From Fistulifera solaris (lineage: Eukaryota): 64,000 bases of DNA. Each line of letters begins with the position of its first letter. Position 1 is the stretch's first letter. The notes beneath the pieces are model-generated. The model had not been told where the DNA came from. It saw only the letters and a list, made by a program, of their open reading frames with translations, and did no database searches. The stretch is from positions 496,001-560,000 of the forward strand of contig AP026137.1 of assembly GCA_030295235.1 (NCBI GenBank), read 5' to 3'. This document shows, piece after piece, positions 50,646 to 64,000 of the stretch. The position numbers and the translations under genes were made by a program.

Positions 50646-53600
50646 ATGAATTTTCGCACAATACTCCTGCTGTTATTTTCCTGTCACTGTCACTATACCG
50701 ATGCCTTTACACCTCGTGCGACACGAGCCATCCACACTGCACTGAGGGAAACGAGTACGAAACCATGGTTCTTTGCTGATAAGCAAGTCGTGAAGAAAGA
50801 AGAAGAGAAAGTCGATGCAGCCATAGAAACAAGATTACTGGGTTCTCAGGAACTGCTCATGGCACCACGTCAATACAGTTTAAGTGATGAAACATTCCCC
50901 GCTATGAATCATGTCGCGTGTGCCATTCTATCGGCTACTCCGGATTTCAACGTCATTCGACAAGCAGTAGACTATGTGATGCAAACACACCCTTTGCTTA
51001 GAGCGAAAATTATTGGAGACGGAGAACCAGAGAAACGCATCGATCTCTTCCAAATGGTGCGAAAGGTACGTCTCTCCAATTGTGTCGGTCGTCGCTAAAA
51101 GACACTCGAGTCGTCTCTCTTTCTCATCATTGGTTTCTGGTAGGGTGATCCGAATCCGATGCAATTTCAAGTGGATTCATCGCTTACCGCGGATGCAGTT
51201 TTGCATATCATCGATACGGATCAGTTGGAAACCAGCTGGCAAACTGCTTTTGCTCGGAATTTAGATGACGGGACGTGGTGTGATGTCACGGTTGGGCCTC
51301 TGTGGAAGCTAGAATTGCACCGAGACACAAAAACGGGAAAATGCGCCCTTTGTTTGCGTTCAATCATGCCATTTCGGATCAAGGTAGTGTCAACCGGCTG
51401 GTCGACCAGATTTTGCGTAAAGTTGTCGTGCTGGAGAAAGGCGAATCCCTGCCCCTGCAGCCGCAACGTATACCCGTCGCATTGGAAGATTCCGTCTTGG
51501 GTATGCAACAGAGATGGTCGGATGTTACAACAAATGGGGTGTCGGTCGACACCATTCAGTACGTTGCCAGTAAGGCGGCGGAGGGATTGCGCAATCCGGT
51601 TATTCTCCCCGAATCGTCATCATCGAACAGCGGGAACCCACTGGGTGCACTCACGATCATTTCCGGACAAACCGCTGGAGGAATGGATACCGAACAACGA
51701 AAATCGACGGTACAATTTCGGTCGCTGTCTCCGAGTTCCACATCAGCGTTGTTGTCTCAGTGCCGCGTCAATAATGTATCGGTCACCAATCTTTTGACAG
51801 CGGCCGTTACCTTGACCGCAACGGATTTCATCGGAGACGGGATTGATACAAGCAGCGAGCGTAACTACAAAATATTACAGTCCATGGATATGCGTCGTTT
51901 TGGACAACAACTTGATAAGGGCGAATCGGTGGCGTGTATGGCTGGTTCCATGGATTTGATGCACGGACCTTTACCGGATCGTTCCGGAGAACGAGTAAGA
52001 ACGGGTCAAGATACTGAACTAGTATGGAAATTGGCCAAGGAAGGAAAAGAGCAGACAACACAGTTCATTGACAAAGGAGGACCCGAGCAAGCGGTTCGAG
52101 TGTTCGACTTCGCCATGTCTATCGCAGATTTGAACAATTTAGTCTACTTAACAGCGCAATCCAAAGACACAAAAGGCAGAGCATATAGTGCTGGAATAGC
52201 TAACATCGGTGTATTCGAAAGCCAATCTGCATTTGGTACCAAAGGGGAAACTTTGAAGAGTAAACACGGAAGATATCAAGTGGAAAATATGTTCTTTGCC
52301 ACCTCGCATGTGCAATCGGGATGCCTGTACCAAGTATCATGTCTGACGGTCGATGGTAAATTGGAGCTGACATTCCACCCAGTTTCTCCCATTGTAAGCG
52401 AAGAGACAAACCAGAAATTCGCCGATACGTTTGTGGAACTACTCGAAGTAGTTGCTGGCACGAAAAGTCCGGTGTCCATCGACTCCGCCAGCAGCAAGAT
52501 GCCGACTCTTCCTAAGAATCTCCTCACTACAGTTGCTGCAGTGGTCGGAATTGGTTCTGTGTTGAGTCACTCAGGTGCTTGGGTTGATTTCTTCCGCTCC
52601 GTGTTAGAAATGAAAGCCAACATTGCCGATCCTGCTGACTTTTGGGCCGCTATCAACTTCTGGATCTTCTTCGCGGTCGGCCACCCTCTTTTACAACCAA
52701 TTTTGTATCTGAGTGATGTTCTCCATGGTAGTCCGGGTCCCCTGGTTGGAAATCTAGTTCCGTTTTCTTTCTTGGCGGGGAATGCGGTGGTTATTTTCAC
52801 CATCATGAAATTCAAAGATGTAAGTTGGATTTGTACACCCAAAGCATTCGTTAGCTCCATTAACTTAATTTGACCCCTGCGGTTTTGCAGCTACGAAACG
52901 CGTTGAACATTGCCGCACTGGCCGCATTCTTCTCCTACGTGGGTGCTGGTTTGGACGGAACTGCGGGACTTGGAGACTTTAACCTTGCTCTAGATGATAA
53001 TTACAACGGCCAGATCGTGAAAGGATGTCCCGCATACGAGGACGTTCGACAGCCCAGTATGGACAACTTTGATCTGAACAAGTACCAAGGACTGTGGTAC
53101 GAGCAGAAGTTCCACGATTGGACACAATTCAAAGAGGTCTACGATACTTCTCTCGATATCAGGGTGAGTAGATTCCAAGCTCTCATTGTTCTTCACTTAT
53201 GGTTCAATGGCTCAAACACTTTAAATTCGCAGTTAACGGAAGGAGGCAAGGGATGGGTGGATGACTTTGGCGTGAAAGGACCCGCTCCGGACGCTGCACC
53301 CCTTTCTTGGGACAAAAGTCCCGTAGCCAATGGCGCGCATTACTTTTTGTTTGGACGCGTCGACGAGCGTGACCCTCCCGGAATATTACGAGAAAAAGGA
53401 TTTGGTGTCGAGTTTCCCAATTACATTGTGGATGTAAAGAAAGATCCTAAAACCGGAGAATACACGGAATCGATACAATTCCAGTGCCTGGAACGGGGCG
53501 GAGTTCGGGTGTTTGAAGGTATCAATTTCATGTCACGCAACAAGGTCATGACCGACGAAGAACTGATGGCTATGCATGCTCGAGCTGAAAAAGCGGGTAT

Positions 53601-53763
53601 GTATCCCTACGGAGCCAGTCCGGAGCAGATGCACCGGGTAGCACAGAGACCGGAGAATGCTCCCGCTATTGATAATAGCTGGCAAGCCATGTGGAGAGCG
53701 ATTGGTTTGGACAAATTGCTAGAGTTGCTCACCGAGTCAATTGAGGACGGCGGACGCGACTAA
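50646..53763 (+). CDS. Plastid-targeted fusion: CoA-dependent HxxxD acyltransferase (condensation/alcohol-acetyltransferase fold), multi-TM segment and lipocalin domain; 4 exons
   Basis: Signal peptide ending TDA-FTP; THPLLRAKI, PLWKLEL, FNHAISDQGS, SVTNLLTAAV, SMDMRRFG and TVDGKLELTF; hydrophobic helices; lipocalin SCR1 FDLNKYQGLWYE. Introns 51066-51143, 52820-52890 and 53164-53232 all splice in frame. One indel near 51350. Confidence 0.78.
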
Positions 53764-53919
53764 GTAATTCGATGCGCCTAACAGATGAGACTGCATTATT
53801 GCATTATTAAAACTACATAGATTATTACTGTTGTTGTCTCTTTTCCCTAGCTGCGTTTGCGACCCCAAGACAACGGCCATACAGTAGCATGCGTTGAACA
53901 TTTTACAGTGCTTATGTAT

Positions 53920-54302
53920 CCTGATGTGTAGGCTTCCTCTTCGCTAACCACTACCTGTGCACTACATAGTTTAACAGCTAAATTTTCTTACTTAACGTCT
54001 TAGCACTTTGCTGCCTTTTCTATTTATTTTACAGAGTATTTTTTGCTCTTGCGATCGTGACTGACTTCCAGTCGTGGCGTCCTTAAACTAACACTCTGGC
54101 TTATAGTGATACGACGTGCCTGCATATTTGGAAGATTTTACAAAGCATATCATCATGATGGTGTAGGTTTCAGGATGCTCTTCGCTCACCACTACCTGTG
54201 GATTGCATTGATTAACAATTAATCTTTTTTTTTTAGTTTTAATATTTTTCTGCCGTGTTTATTCTTGTCAGCAACTTGGATCGTGACTGACTTTCAGTCT
54301 TG
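53920..54302. repeat. Degenerate direct duplication (period about 230 bp)
   Basis: GTGTAGG…CTCTTCGCT(A/C)ACCACTACCTGTG near 53925 and 54160; GATCGTGACTGACTT(C/T)CAGTC near 54053 and 54280. Confidence 0.7.
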
Positions 54303-54481
54303 ATATGCACACTTCCAGATTTTCTTTGGAAATGAAAAGACAAAGCATCCCCAGATTTTCTGTGGACGTAAAGACACTCATCGACCCGCACTTTTTCATC
54401 GACTATTCATTCGTTCTCTACTGCTGCAAAAGCAACAAAGTAAAAGAAAAAGCGAGCGAATGGTTCTGCCGAGAGGAAATT

Positions 54482-57400
54482 ATGGCGGCGGACAACGATG
54501 CGGATAACAATCGACACAGCCAGCCTCTTTTGTTTTCCGAACAAAAGCAAGTCTTTGCCAAAATTGAGCTGTTGCAACGCAGCCAAGACGATTTGTCAGC
54601 AGCGGCACAAGAAATCCGTCATATTCTCGACAAGTATCTCGAGTGCCCTACACTGCTGGACCCGTCCTTGCCGAAATTAGTAGAATGCTTAAGTCGAGGG
54701 TATCTTCAACGCCCGCCCAATGAAGCAAACTCTGCCTCTATGCTGTCGATCTTGTACTTACTTTCAAAAGTACGGGGATGGAAACACATCGTACGCTTTT
54801 TTACCGGCGCATAATGAGCACATTCTGATTGTATGGGAAGCCTTGCAAACGAATCGGTCGTCTTGGGAATCGATTTATATTCTGTGGCATTGGATGGCGG
54901 TATTGAGTCTTGTACCCTTCGATGTACAAGTCATGGTGGCGGAAGAACATACCTGGTTGTCTCAAATGCTCGCCTTGGCACGTCAACAGTGTCACGACGC
55001 GGGACCGACGCGCGAGGCTGCTGTGATTTGTGTGGCTTCGTGGTTGTCTCGTGCGGATGTCTGGTCGATGCAGTGGCCCGTGTACGAGGTGTATGCGCAA
55101 CAAATCATTACACAGTATACAAGTAAAAGCCACACGAATTCGTTATTTCCACTCTTGGGAGTTCTCAAAGTTCTCAACACGATGCTCAAAACCAGTCGCA
55201 CCGATCGGGAACAGCTGGTGCAACACTTTTGCCCTTTTGGGAGCCATTATGGAACATTGGGGAACAGCAAAAAGATCTATTAGTGACGCATCAATTGATC
55301 AAGTGGTGGGCACGCATGGCGGCGGCGCATTTGCCTCCGCGGATTGCGCCGTGGCGGTATCAACGGGGAAGCGTCTTTTATTCGTGTCGTCCGACACGAC
55401 CAGCGAGGCACGTAACGACGAAAGTATCGAAAACGAAAGGGAAACAATATGGAAGGTTCCAGATTTAGTAGAAGATGCCATGGGTCGCATTCTGTTTGCG
55501 TTGCGAAATTCCTCTACCGTTGTTCGGTGGTCGGCGGCCAAAGGAGTGGGTCGTCTCACGGAAAGACTGCCAGCTCTTTGCGCAGATGATGTGGTGGACG
55601 CATTGTTGGAGACAATAGAAGAAGAGTCAGACGATGATAAAGTGTGGCACGGAACTTGCTTGGCTTTAGCAGAATTGGCGCGTCGTGGGTTACTCTTGCC
55701 CCACCGACTCGAAGAAGTTGTTCCATTTGTCATACGGGCGATCCATTTTGATGCAAGTCCGCCGTCATCATCATCCACAGCAACTTCAAGTGTGGGAGCT
55801 CATGTCCGCGATGCTGCTTGTTATACGTATTGGGCATTTGGAAGGGCTTTTGACCCAAGTGTATTACGGCCTTTCTTACGGGAGCTGAATCACGCGGCTG
55901 TTGTCACGAGCTTGCTCGATCGTGAGGTCAATTGTCGGCGAGCCGCTAGTGCTGCATTTCAAGAAGTTGCAGGTCGTCAGAAAGGCAATGTGCCCCACGG
56001 GATCGACATTTTGACAACGGCCGATTTTTTCTCTTTAGGAAACCGGACAAACTCGTATACAAAGATCGCCTGCTCTGTTGCAGCTTACGTTGAATACAGA
56101 AAACCCATCATCAACCATCTTCACCGAGAAAAGCTTTTCCACTGGGATATTTCCATCCGGACACTGGCTGCTAATACTCTTGGTCGAATTGTGCCACTTG
56201 ATGCAAGCTATTTCTGCTCGATCGTTTTGCCAGATCTGCTGGAAAATTCCCTTGATATGAAGAATTTGCACGTGCGTCATGGTGCTGTGATTGGAGTCGC
56301 GGAAATAACATTTGCTCTCTCGACAAACGGCAGCCTCTCCCAAATCTCTAGTAAACACATGGCTGCACTAAAAGGCTTAGTCGCGAGCATTGAAAAGAAA
56401 AGGCTCTATCGAGGACGCGGGGGAGAAATCATGCGGTCAGCTGTTTGCCAGTTGGTGAAATGCATTTCACAGTCTCGAATAGATCTATCGGTGAAAGAGC
56501 AAGTTCAGTTGCTGGATTCTGTGGATGCGTGCATCCCTCACCCATCCGAAAGTATTCAAAACGATGCCTGCCAAGCTCTCCATCAACTACTGATCGCTTA
56601 TTTCCCAGTAAGCGAACATGGACCCTCCGACAGGCTACAGAATCGTGTGGTCGGGAAATTTACTCATACATGTTCATCGAGCGAAAATCCAGCGGCTACC
56701 AGAGGCTATGCTCTTGCACTGGGTTATGTACCCGCAAAACTCGTCGCTACCTCTGATGCAGTCTTAAACTGTGTCATTTCTTGTCTTATTGAGTCTTCCA
56801 AGCACACGAGCCTTGTTGGAAGTGAAGGCGACGCCGAATCTCGAAGAAATGCGCTTTTCTCTCTTCGTCGGATAGCGACGTGGGCATTGACTCCTCGCGA
56901 CACATCAGAAACTTCATATCCCGTGGTCTCTATGGGTGTAGAATTGGTATTTCAAATTTTGGAAGCCTTTTCTTGTGCTTTGAATGATTACAAAACTGAT
57001 CGCAGAGGCGATGTAGGTTCCTGGTGCCGCATGGCTGCGATCGATGGGATAGTAGACGTACTATTGTGCTCCAGCGACAACGCTGAGCTCGCCGGTCGTT
57101 TGTCACATGACCATGCTACAAGATTAGTGGCAGCCATTTTGAAGCAGCTTGGGGAAAGACTGGATGTGGTTCGCAAGTGTGCTGGTGACGGACTAGCGAG
57201 AATCCTCATGCATGAACCATATATTTCCGGAATTGATTTTAGAAGCGAGCTGCAACATGCTTTAGGGGTGGGAATAGCGCCTCCAAATTGGGCCGATTCC
57301 TCGCTGACATTCGATCGTTTGAAGGATGTGATTTCAATACAAAATGTTCCTGACGTTTACATCGATAGCGTTCTTTCCGGACTTATTGTGAGTGTTGGCG

Positions 57401-57983
57401 GTCTTACGGAAGCCGTCAGCAAACACGCATTCGCTTCTCTTTACAATGGACAAGAGAAGGCGACGAGGGTCGACGATTTAAACTGTGGGGGCTCATAAAC
57501 AACCTACTCGCACAGAATCGAGGCACGCGCCGAGTCACTCTCCCAGCTCTGAAAACGATGTCAAAACTTATTTCACGGCAATGTTTCGATGACATTATAC
57601 AAAGTCACAATACAGTATCAGATCTACACGTTTTCATTCATATTGAAGGACAATCTAGTAAGGATATGCAAACACTTTTTGCGCTGGTGGATGTATCTGT
57701 GTCACTCCTTCATTCTTCAAATACTGCAGCGTCTACTTTACAGCAGCAATTGCAATTCTTGCTCCAGATGTTGATTCATCAATATCCGCGAATAAGATCA
57801 TATACTGCAGATCAGTTGTACGTCTTCCTCCTGGAAGGACAAATTCCAAATGGCAAAATCGCAGCACGTTGTCAGGATATAGTGTTGAACACATGTTGGG
57901 CAACGCAGGATGTTGCTGATTTGAAAGTTGTTTTGACCGAACTGCATCAGTTGCTTGACATTCAAGAAAATACCGAGAACTAG
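54482..57983 (+). CDS. TBCD: Tubulin-folding cofactor D
   Basis: ILDKYLECPTLLDP, SKVRGWK, LSLVPFD, TVVRWSAAKGVGR, WHGTCLALAELARRGLLLP, VRDAACY, DREVNCRRAASAAFQE, DY..DRRGDVGSW and H.YPRIR. About four indels. Confidence 0.93.
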
Positions 57984-57988
57984 TTCAA

Positions 57989-59209
57989 CTACAAATCATC
58001 TGAGTATCCTCGAAGTGACCTCCAGTGGCGAGCACAGTTCACAGCTTTGAAACCGTGGTCTATTGTATACGGCCAACCGATACAACGTCGGCCCAAGACA
58101 TTCTCTAGGCGGTCCATAATATTTCCGATGCCAGATCCTATGGATGATAGAGTCACATCCTGACGCCTCGGATTGTAGTCACAATCCGTCATCCACACTG
58201 TCTCGTCAGCACGACTTCGTAAAAAACAACAATGCGGGTGCTCCACTATTCCCAGAGAATTGCCAAGCGCTTTACGCATTGCTGGAAAAATAGTTACATT
58301 CATGAATGTTTCCGCATGCAACGCTCGACCTTCGTCGTTTTTAAGAATCCAGCGAGCATGTTCATCAATTCGCTCAAAGCGCTCCGACGCCCAGACGCGA
58401 ACCGCTTCGTAAGGACCATATACCATTCGATCACTCACAGGGTATCGACCAAAACCGGGCACAACAGCAGTGTTATCAGCAGCATATTCGTCCAAGTAGA
58501 TGGGGGTCAGATAGACAACGTCATTACGCAGCATAGCCACTCTCTTGTACTGTATGTTTCGTCTACTCGCTTCGCGTTCCATCAAACTCCAAGCAGACTC
58601 GATAGAGTGCCACATCCGGATTACATTCTCGACAGTTCTGTTGTTGTAAGTCCGCTCCTTCCACGGAAAATACAATAATCGATCCTGAGAATCTTTGACT
58701 GTCGAAATCTTTTGCAGAAGATCACCCCGCTTTTCTAGAAATTCGTGTTCCGACTCTCCTTGATAAGTAACGCTAGAAGCGTACTCGTCAAGGAGGTAAA
58801 CGTCGCCCGGATGGATCCGGCCGCCTTTTCCCGACCTTCCTGGTCTGTCTAACGTTTGGTTGTAGTAATGAACGTATACATCACATGCCGGATTGGTTTG
58901 TAGGACGTTTTTGCGGACGGATGGGAGCACCAGCGACTCGAAGGCACGTGGTAAACCAAAGAAAAGAATGGCACACGGTGTCGTTTCCTCAACCTCCACT
59001 AGCAACGACTGACCATCTACTGAGTCCATTGCCAGATCAGGTGATGCACCAGGTAATTGCACGACTAGAAATATTCCAACCAAGGCGTATGCTAGTGTCA
59101 TCAGAATTAGGTTCGTCCGCGCCGACGGCGAACGAGGCGGAAGCCTCATTCTTCGTTGTTTGCTCATCTCTCCCCGTCTTAGCTGTAGCTGTACCGACAT
59201 GGTCATCAT
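57989..59209 (-). CDS. Type II membrane protein, putative glycosyltransferase-like
   Basis: Intact 406-aa ORF with an N-terminal TM; CAILFFGLPRAF, DVYVHY, MWHSI and YKRVAMLRNDVVY, a pattern seen in uncharacterised GT-like families. The function is inference. Confidence 0.65.
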   Translation of the reverse strand: MMTMSVQLQLRRGEMSKQRRMRLPPRSPSARTNLILMTLAYALVGIFLVVQLPGASPDLAMDSVDGQSLLVEVEETTPCAILFFGLPRAFESLVLPSVRKNVLQTNPACDVYVHYYNQTLDRPGRSGKGGRIHPGDVYLLDEYASSVTYQGESEHEFLEKRGDLLQKISTVKDSQDRLLYFPWKERTYNNRTVENVIRMWHSIESAWSLMEREASRRNIQYKRVAMLRNDVVYLTPIYLDEYAADNTAVVPGFGRYPVSDRMVYGPYEAVRVWASERFERIDEHARWILKNDEGRALHAETFMNVTIFPAMRKALGNSLGIVEHPHCCFLRSRADETVWMTDCDYNPRRQDVTLSSIGSGIGNIMDRLENVLGRRCIGWPYTIDHGFKAVNCARHWRSLRGYSDDL

Positions 59210-59813
59210 ACAGACATGTTTGTGGCTTCAGAGGGTGGTATTAGACCGAATTTTCATCAATTGTCGAGAAGAATGAAGTGATGAGGACGAAAAACAACAA
59301 AAAAGCGTGCTTTTCTACTCCGTAAATTTGAAGCGGAGAAAGGCAATAATAACAAAAGCTGCCGTCAAATACACAGTGAGGGTTCCTGGTAGTATGGCGT
59401 AGGTAGTAGCGGGAAGTACTGGATGTAAGAGTACAAGTCACAAGAACCTTGCGCGCGCCCATAGTCTCCGGTATTCTGTACTCACTCAGTCGCGGGCGTG
59501 TCGTAGAATTCCTACCAGAACACTATCATGTATAGAGTAGATAGTAGTCTCAGATGACTTTCTGTCCCGCATACATTTATCATACAGTACGTCTACTCAT
59601 TCCCTCACAGTACGAAGAACACCGCCGTTGGAAACCGGCACTCAATTGATTTTTCGAGCCAAGGACGCAACGAGCAACGACGGACGGCGTTTGGATCTTC
59701 GCGCAGCTCTCGCGAGCGGCGGTCCTCCGGCGCCCAGCAACAGCACACGCGTTCATCATCGTCAACACACACACATTTGTTTGCCAAAGCGTCTCTTTTC
59801 GCATAACAAATAA

Positions 59814-61556
<1,743 letters not shown>

Positions 61557-61858
61557 ACTCTTGTCGCCCCCTGTTTGAAAGTCTGTCTTTGTGTGGATCG
61601 GGGAACTCGTAGTGTTTTAAAGTAACATATTATAATCCTGGACGGCATCGCTTTTTCTCCTTGTTTTGAATATTAGCAAACGCTGGTCATCAGATGCTGC
61701 TAGCGAGGTATTCTCATACTGAGTTGATTGATTTCAGTAACGATTGGCGTTGCTACCTCGTGAACAAGATTCTCACAACAAACTAGAGCTACTCCTAATT
61801 GAAAAATACGATGAAAATGAAGAAGTAACCGCACCATTTTAAAGTATTATAAAAAAGC

Positions 61859-62425
61859 TTACTGAGCCGCCGTGCGCTGTTCCAATTGACGCAAACGCAT
61901 TTCTAGTTCCGCCTCCTTCAACTTGGCCTGCTGAAGTTCCGATCGCGCATCGCGAATTTCGGATTCTTGACGGTATTCGCGCATTCCCTCGCTGATGCTG
62001 CCGATCGCGTTAATACCTATCGCCAATCCGAGGCCGGCGTTGGGATTGTATCCGTACCCGTAGCCGTATCCGGGAGACACAATGACCGGAGACGGTTGCA
62101 CGATGGTGGTTTGTCGTTCGACAACGCGGGTGGGGGCGCGGGACGGCGCTTTCGCGCGTCCTCCCGAACGACCTCCACTGCGACCGGCAATCACTTGCGA
62201 AGATCCCGCAAAATCGGCATCCCAAGCCAACGCGGGAGCTGCCGCGACAATGTTGCTCATGAGATAAGCAGCCGCTACCACGGAAGTCATGGCTTTGCGC
62301 GCGGCTTCGTCACTGCGGGCCGAGTGGAGGGCGGTCGTTGGGCGCGCAGTTTGAAGAGGCGCAAAAGCGCTTGCGGGGCTCAATGCGAACAAGGTAAAAA
62401 CAGCGAAGGATCGAAGGAATGTCAT
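61859..62425 (-). CDS. Plastid (probably thylakoid-targeted) protein with RSGGR motif, TM segment and C-terminal coiled coil
   Basis: Canonical SPASA-FAP cleavage motif, then a second hydrophobic signal ending APALA and GRSGGRSGGR. Confidence 0.8.
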   Translation of the reverse strand: MTFLRSFAVFTLFALSPASAFAPLQTARPTTALHSARSDEAARKAMTSVVAAAYLMSNIVAAAPALAWDADFAGSSQVIAGRSGGRSGGRAKAPSRAPTRVVERQTTIVQPSPVIVSPGYGYGYGYNPNAGLGLAIGINAIGSISEGMREYRQESEIRDARSELQQAKLKEAELEMRLRQLEQRTAAQ

Positions 62426-62764
62426 GTTATCGAGAAAGCAACGCAGATATTTGTCGTTTGTTTGTCTCCTTGTTGCAGGAAGAGCAGCTGTCAACAAGAG
62501 GTGCAACAGGAAATGCGGCTGCAAATTGGTGACGTAAGGCGCCAAGGGCTACTTGGTATAGATCACATAGTACTCTTTACTGTCGTAGTGGCAAAACCAC
62601 GTCAGCGTTGCAGAGTATCGACTATGAAGCTTCAAGTAGTTACCTGGTAAGGGCTGGATTCTTTTGCGTGAATGACATTTTTATTCACGCTCACGATTCA
62701 GAAATTCAGAACGTCATTCCCGCTTGTACTGGAAAGCAGGTTAAAATTCTGCCTCTCAGGAAAG

Positions 62765-62833
62765 GACGTTAAAATTCTGCCTCTCAGTACAAGTTTCTAC
62801 GTAGCGCCTACGGCGAGGCAGATTTTTAACGTC
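62765..62833. repeat. 69-bp hairpin element, copy 2 (inverted relative to copy 1), preceded by a partial duplicate of one arm
   Basis: Matches the reverse complement of 25850-25918 with 3 mismatches. An extra GTTAAAATTCTGCCTCTCAG sits at 62740-62759. Confidence 0.9.
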
Positions 62834-63180
62834 GTTTCCAGTAATTTGAAGGGCTTGTCCGCAAAAAAGTCCGCGAGACGGACGCGATGCTATGATTTTT
62901 CGAAGGACGTTTTCTTCATAGAAGAACAGTTTTTGGTTTTTATTGATCCAACAAAGAACTTATTTCACAACTATGGGCAATGTATTCGTTACGACACGCC
63001 TGTCACAGACACCGAAGTCACTGGATCGCCAAGACGCGCAAGTGGAAAAAAGCAAGGAAAAAACGAAACTCAACCGTCGCAACTCTCCCTTCGCAAACGA
63101 AAGTATCACAAAAAAAACACGAATATGTACCCAACCCACTGGCTGTTTTACTATTACCGATTCATTCAATTCACCAAGCT

Positions 63181-64000
63181 ATGTCGGACAAGAAAGATAA
63201 AAAGGAAAAACGGGGCTTTTTTGGGGCGAAGAAAAGCGGTGATGCTTCCGTTCGAAAATCCAAGTCCTTTAAACGGATTCGCGGTCTGTTGAAAGGAAGC
63301 AAAAGCAAAAAGACTTTAGAGAAGAAAGAAAAAACAACGAGACGAAGGAGATACGGTGTATGACGTTGACGTCGAAGATCGTTCGATTATGACTCGTCAA
63401 ACGGTAGAAGCGCCGAAACCGTTCTTGTTGAAAATCGTATTGCTGTTGATGGACCCAGTGACGCGCCGGTTCGAATTACTGCAGCTGGAATTTGATTCCC
63501 TCAATGCCACCGTAAATGACATTTTGGTGCAGATTCCTGTCTCGGTCACCGAAGAAGCTTTGCGTGAACAAAAGTATGTCGCAATCTGTGGACCCGACGC
63601 GAAAGAGAAATCGCCCACCGAAATGCTATCCAGCTTTTGTGCAGGAAATGGGGTCTTGGTGGCCATTCCGGAGGGATTGCAAGCGCGAGAATGTGTGCGT
63701 CTAGCGACGCCCATTCTGTCGGATTCGAAAGTGACACAAATGGTAAGTCAACACTTTGAATTCTTTCATGACTGGATAACACAATCTCAAATTTTATTTA
63801 GCTCAAAGCCAGTGGAATCAATGCCTCAGAGTGGAAAGACGATGTTAAAAGCAAGAGTGTCCCCGAAGCTCGACAAAACAAAAGTGCTCCTACGAAAAAG
63901 ACGAGGGGCGGCGGTACCGCTCTCACAATCCTCGTGATCGCTCTTTTGGCGGCAGGATTGCAGGTATTCCATCTCTACATTTCAGCACCTATTCAGAGAG
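63181..64000 (+). CDS. Hypothetical protein, 5' part (runs off window); Lys-rich N-terminus and possible ubiquitin-like domain
   Basis: MSDKKDKKEK…, then LLKIVLLLMDPVTRRFELLQLEFD…VNDILVQIP after an indel. Intron at about 63742-63801. Confidence 0.65.

Overview
Gene-dense eukaryotic genomic DNA with short GT-AG introns, ASAFAP-type bipartite plastid presequences and two DUF6824 genes, which together point to a diatom, probably a pennate (inference). I read about 29 protein-coding loci. They include SSADH, TRAPPC5, CAMKMT, an omega-3/delta-12-type desaturase, an S49 peptidase, a THUMP methyltransferase, a GH38 alpha-mannosidase, UTP18, PCC1, a nucleotide-sugar transporter, three O-fucosyltransferase paralogues, ALG13, TBCD and beta-tubulin. 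Many genes, including essential ones, carry single-base indels in homopolymers, most likely assembly errors rather than pseudogenes. The most interesting observations are: (1) a plastid-targeted fusion of an HxxxD acyltransferase, a membrane segment and a lipocalin; (2) a conserved 6-nt microexon in two of the three O-fucosyltransferase paralogues; (3) a fusion of a degenerate NDP-sugar epimerase with a DUF616-like glycosyltransferase; (4) enrichment of glycosylation genes; (5) two non-autonomous TIR transposons with target-site duplications, a dispersed 69-bp hairpin element and a palindromic 52-bp minisatellite. All family assignments come from motif recognition by eye, not database searches.
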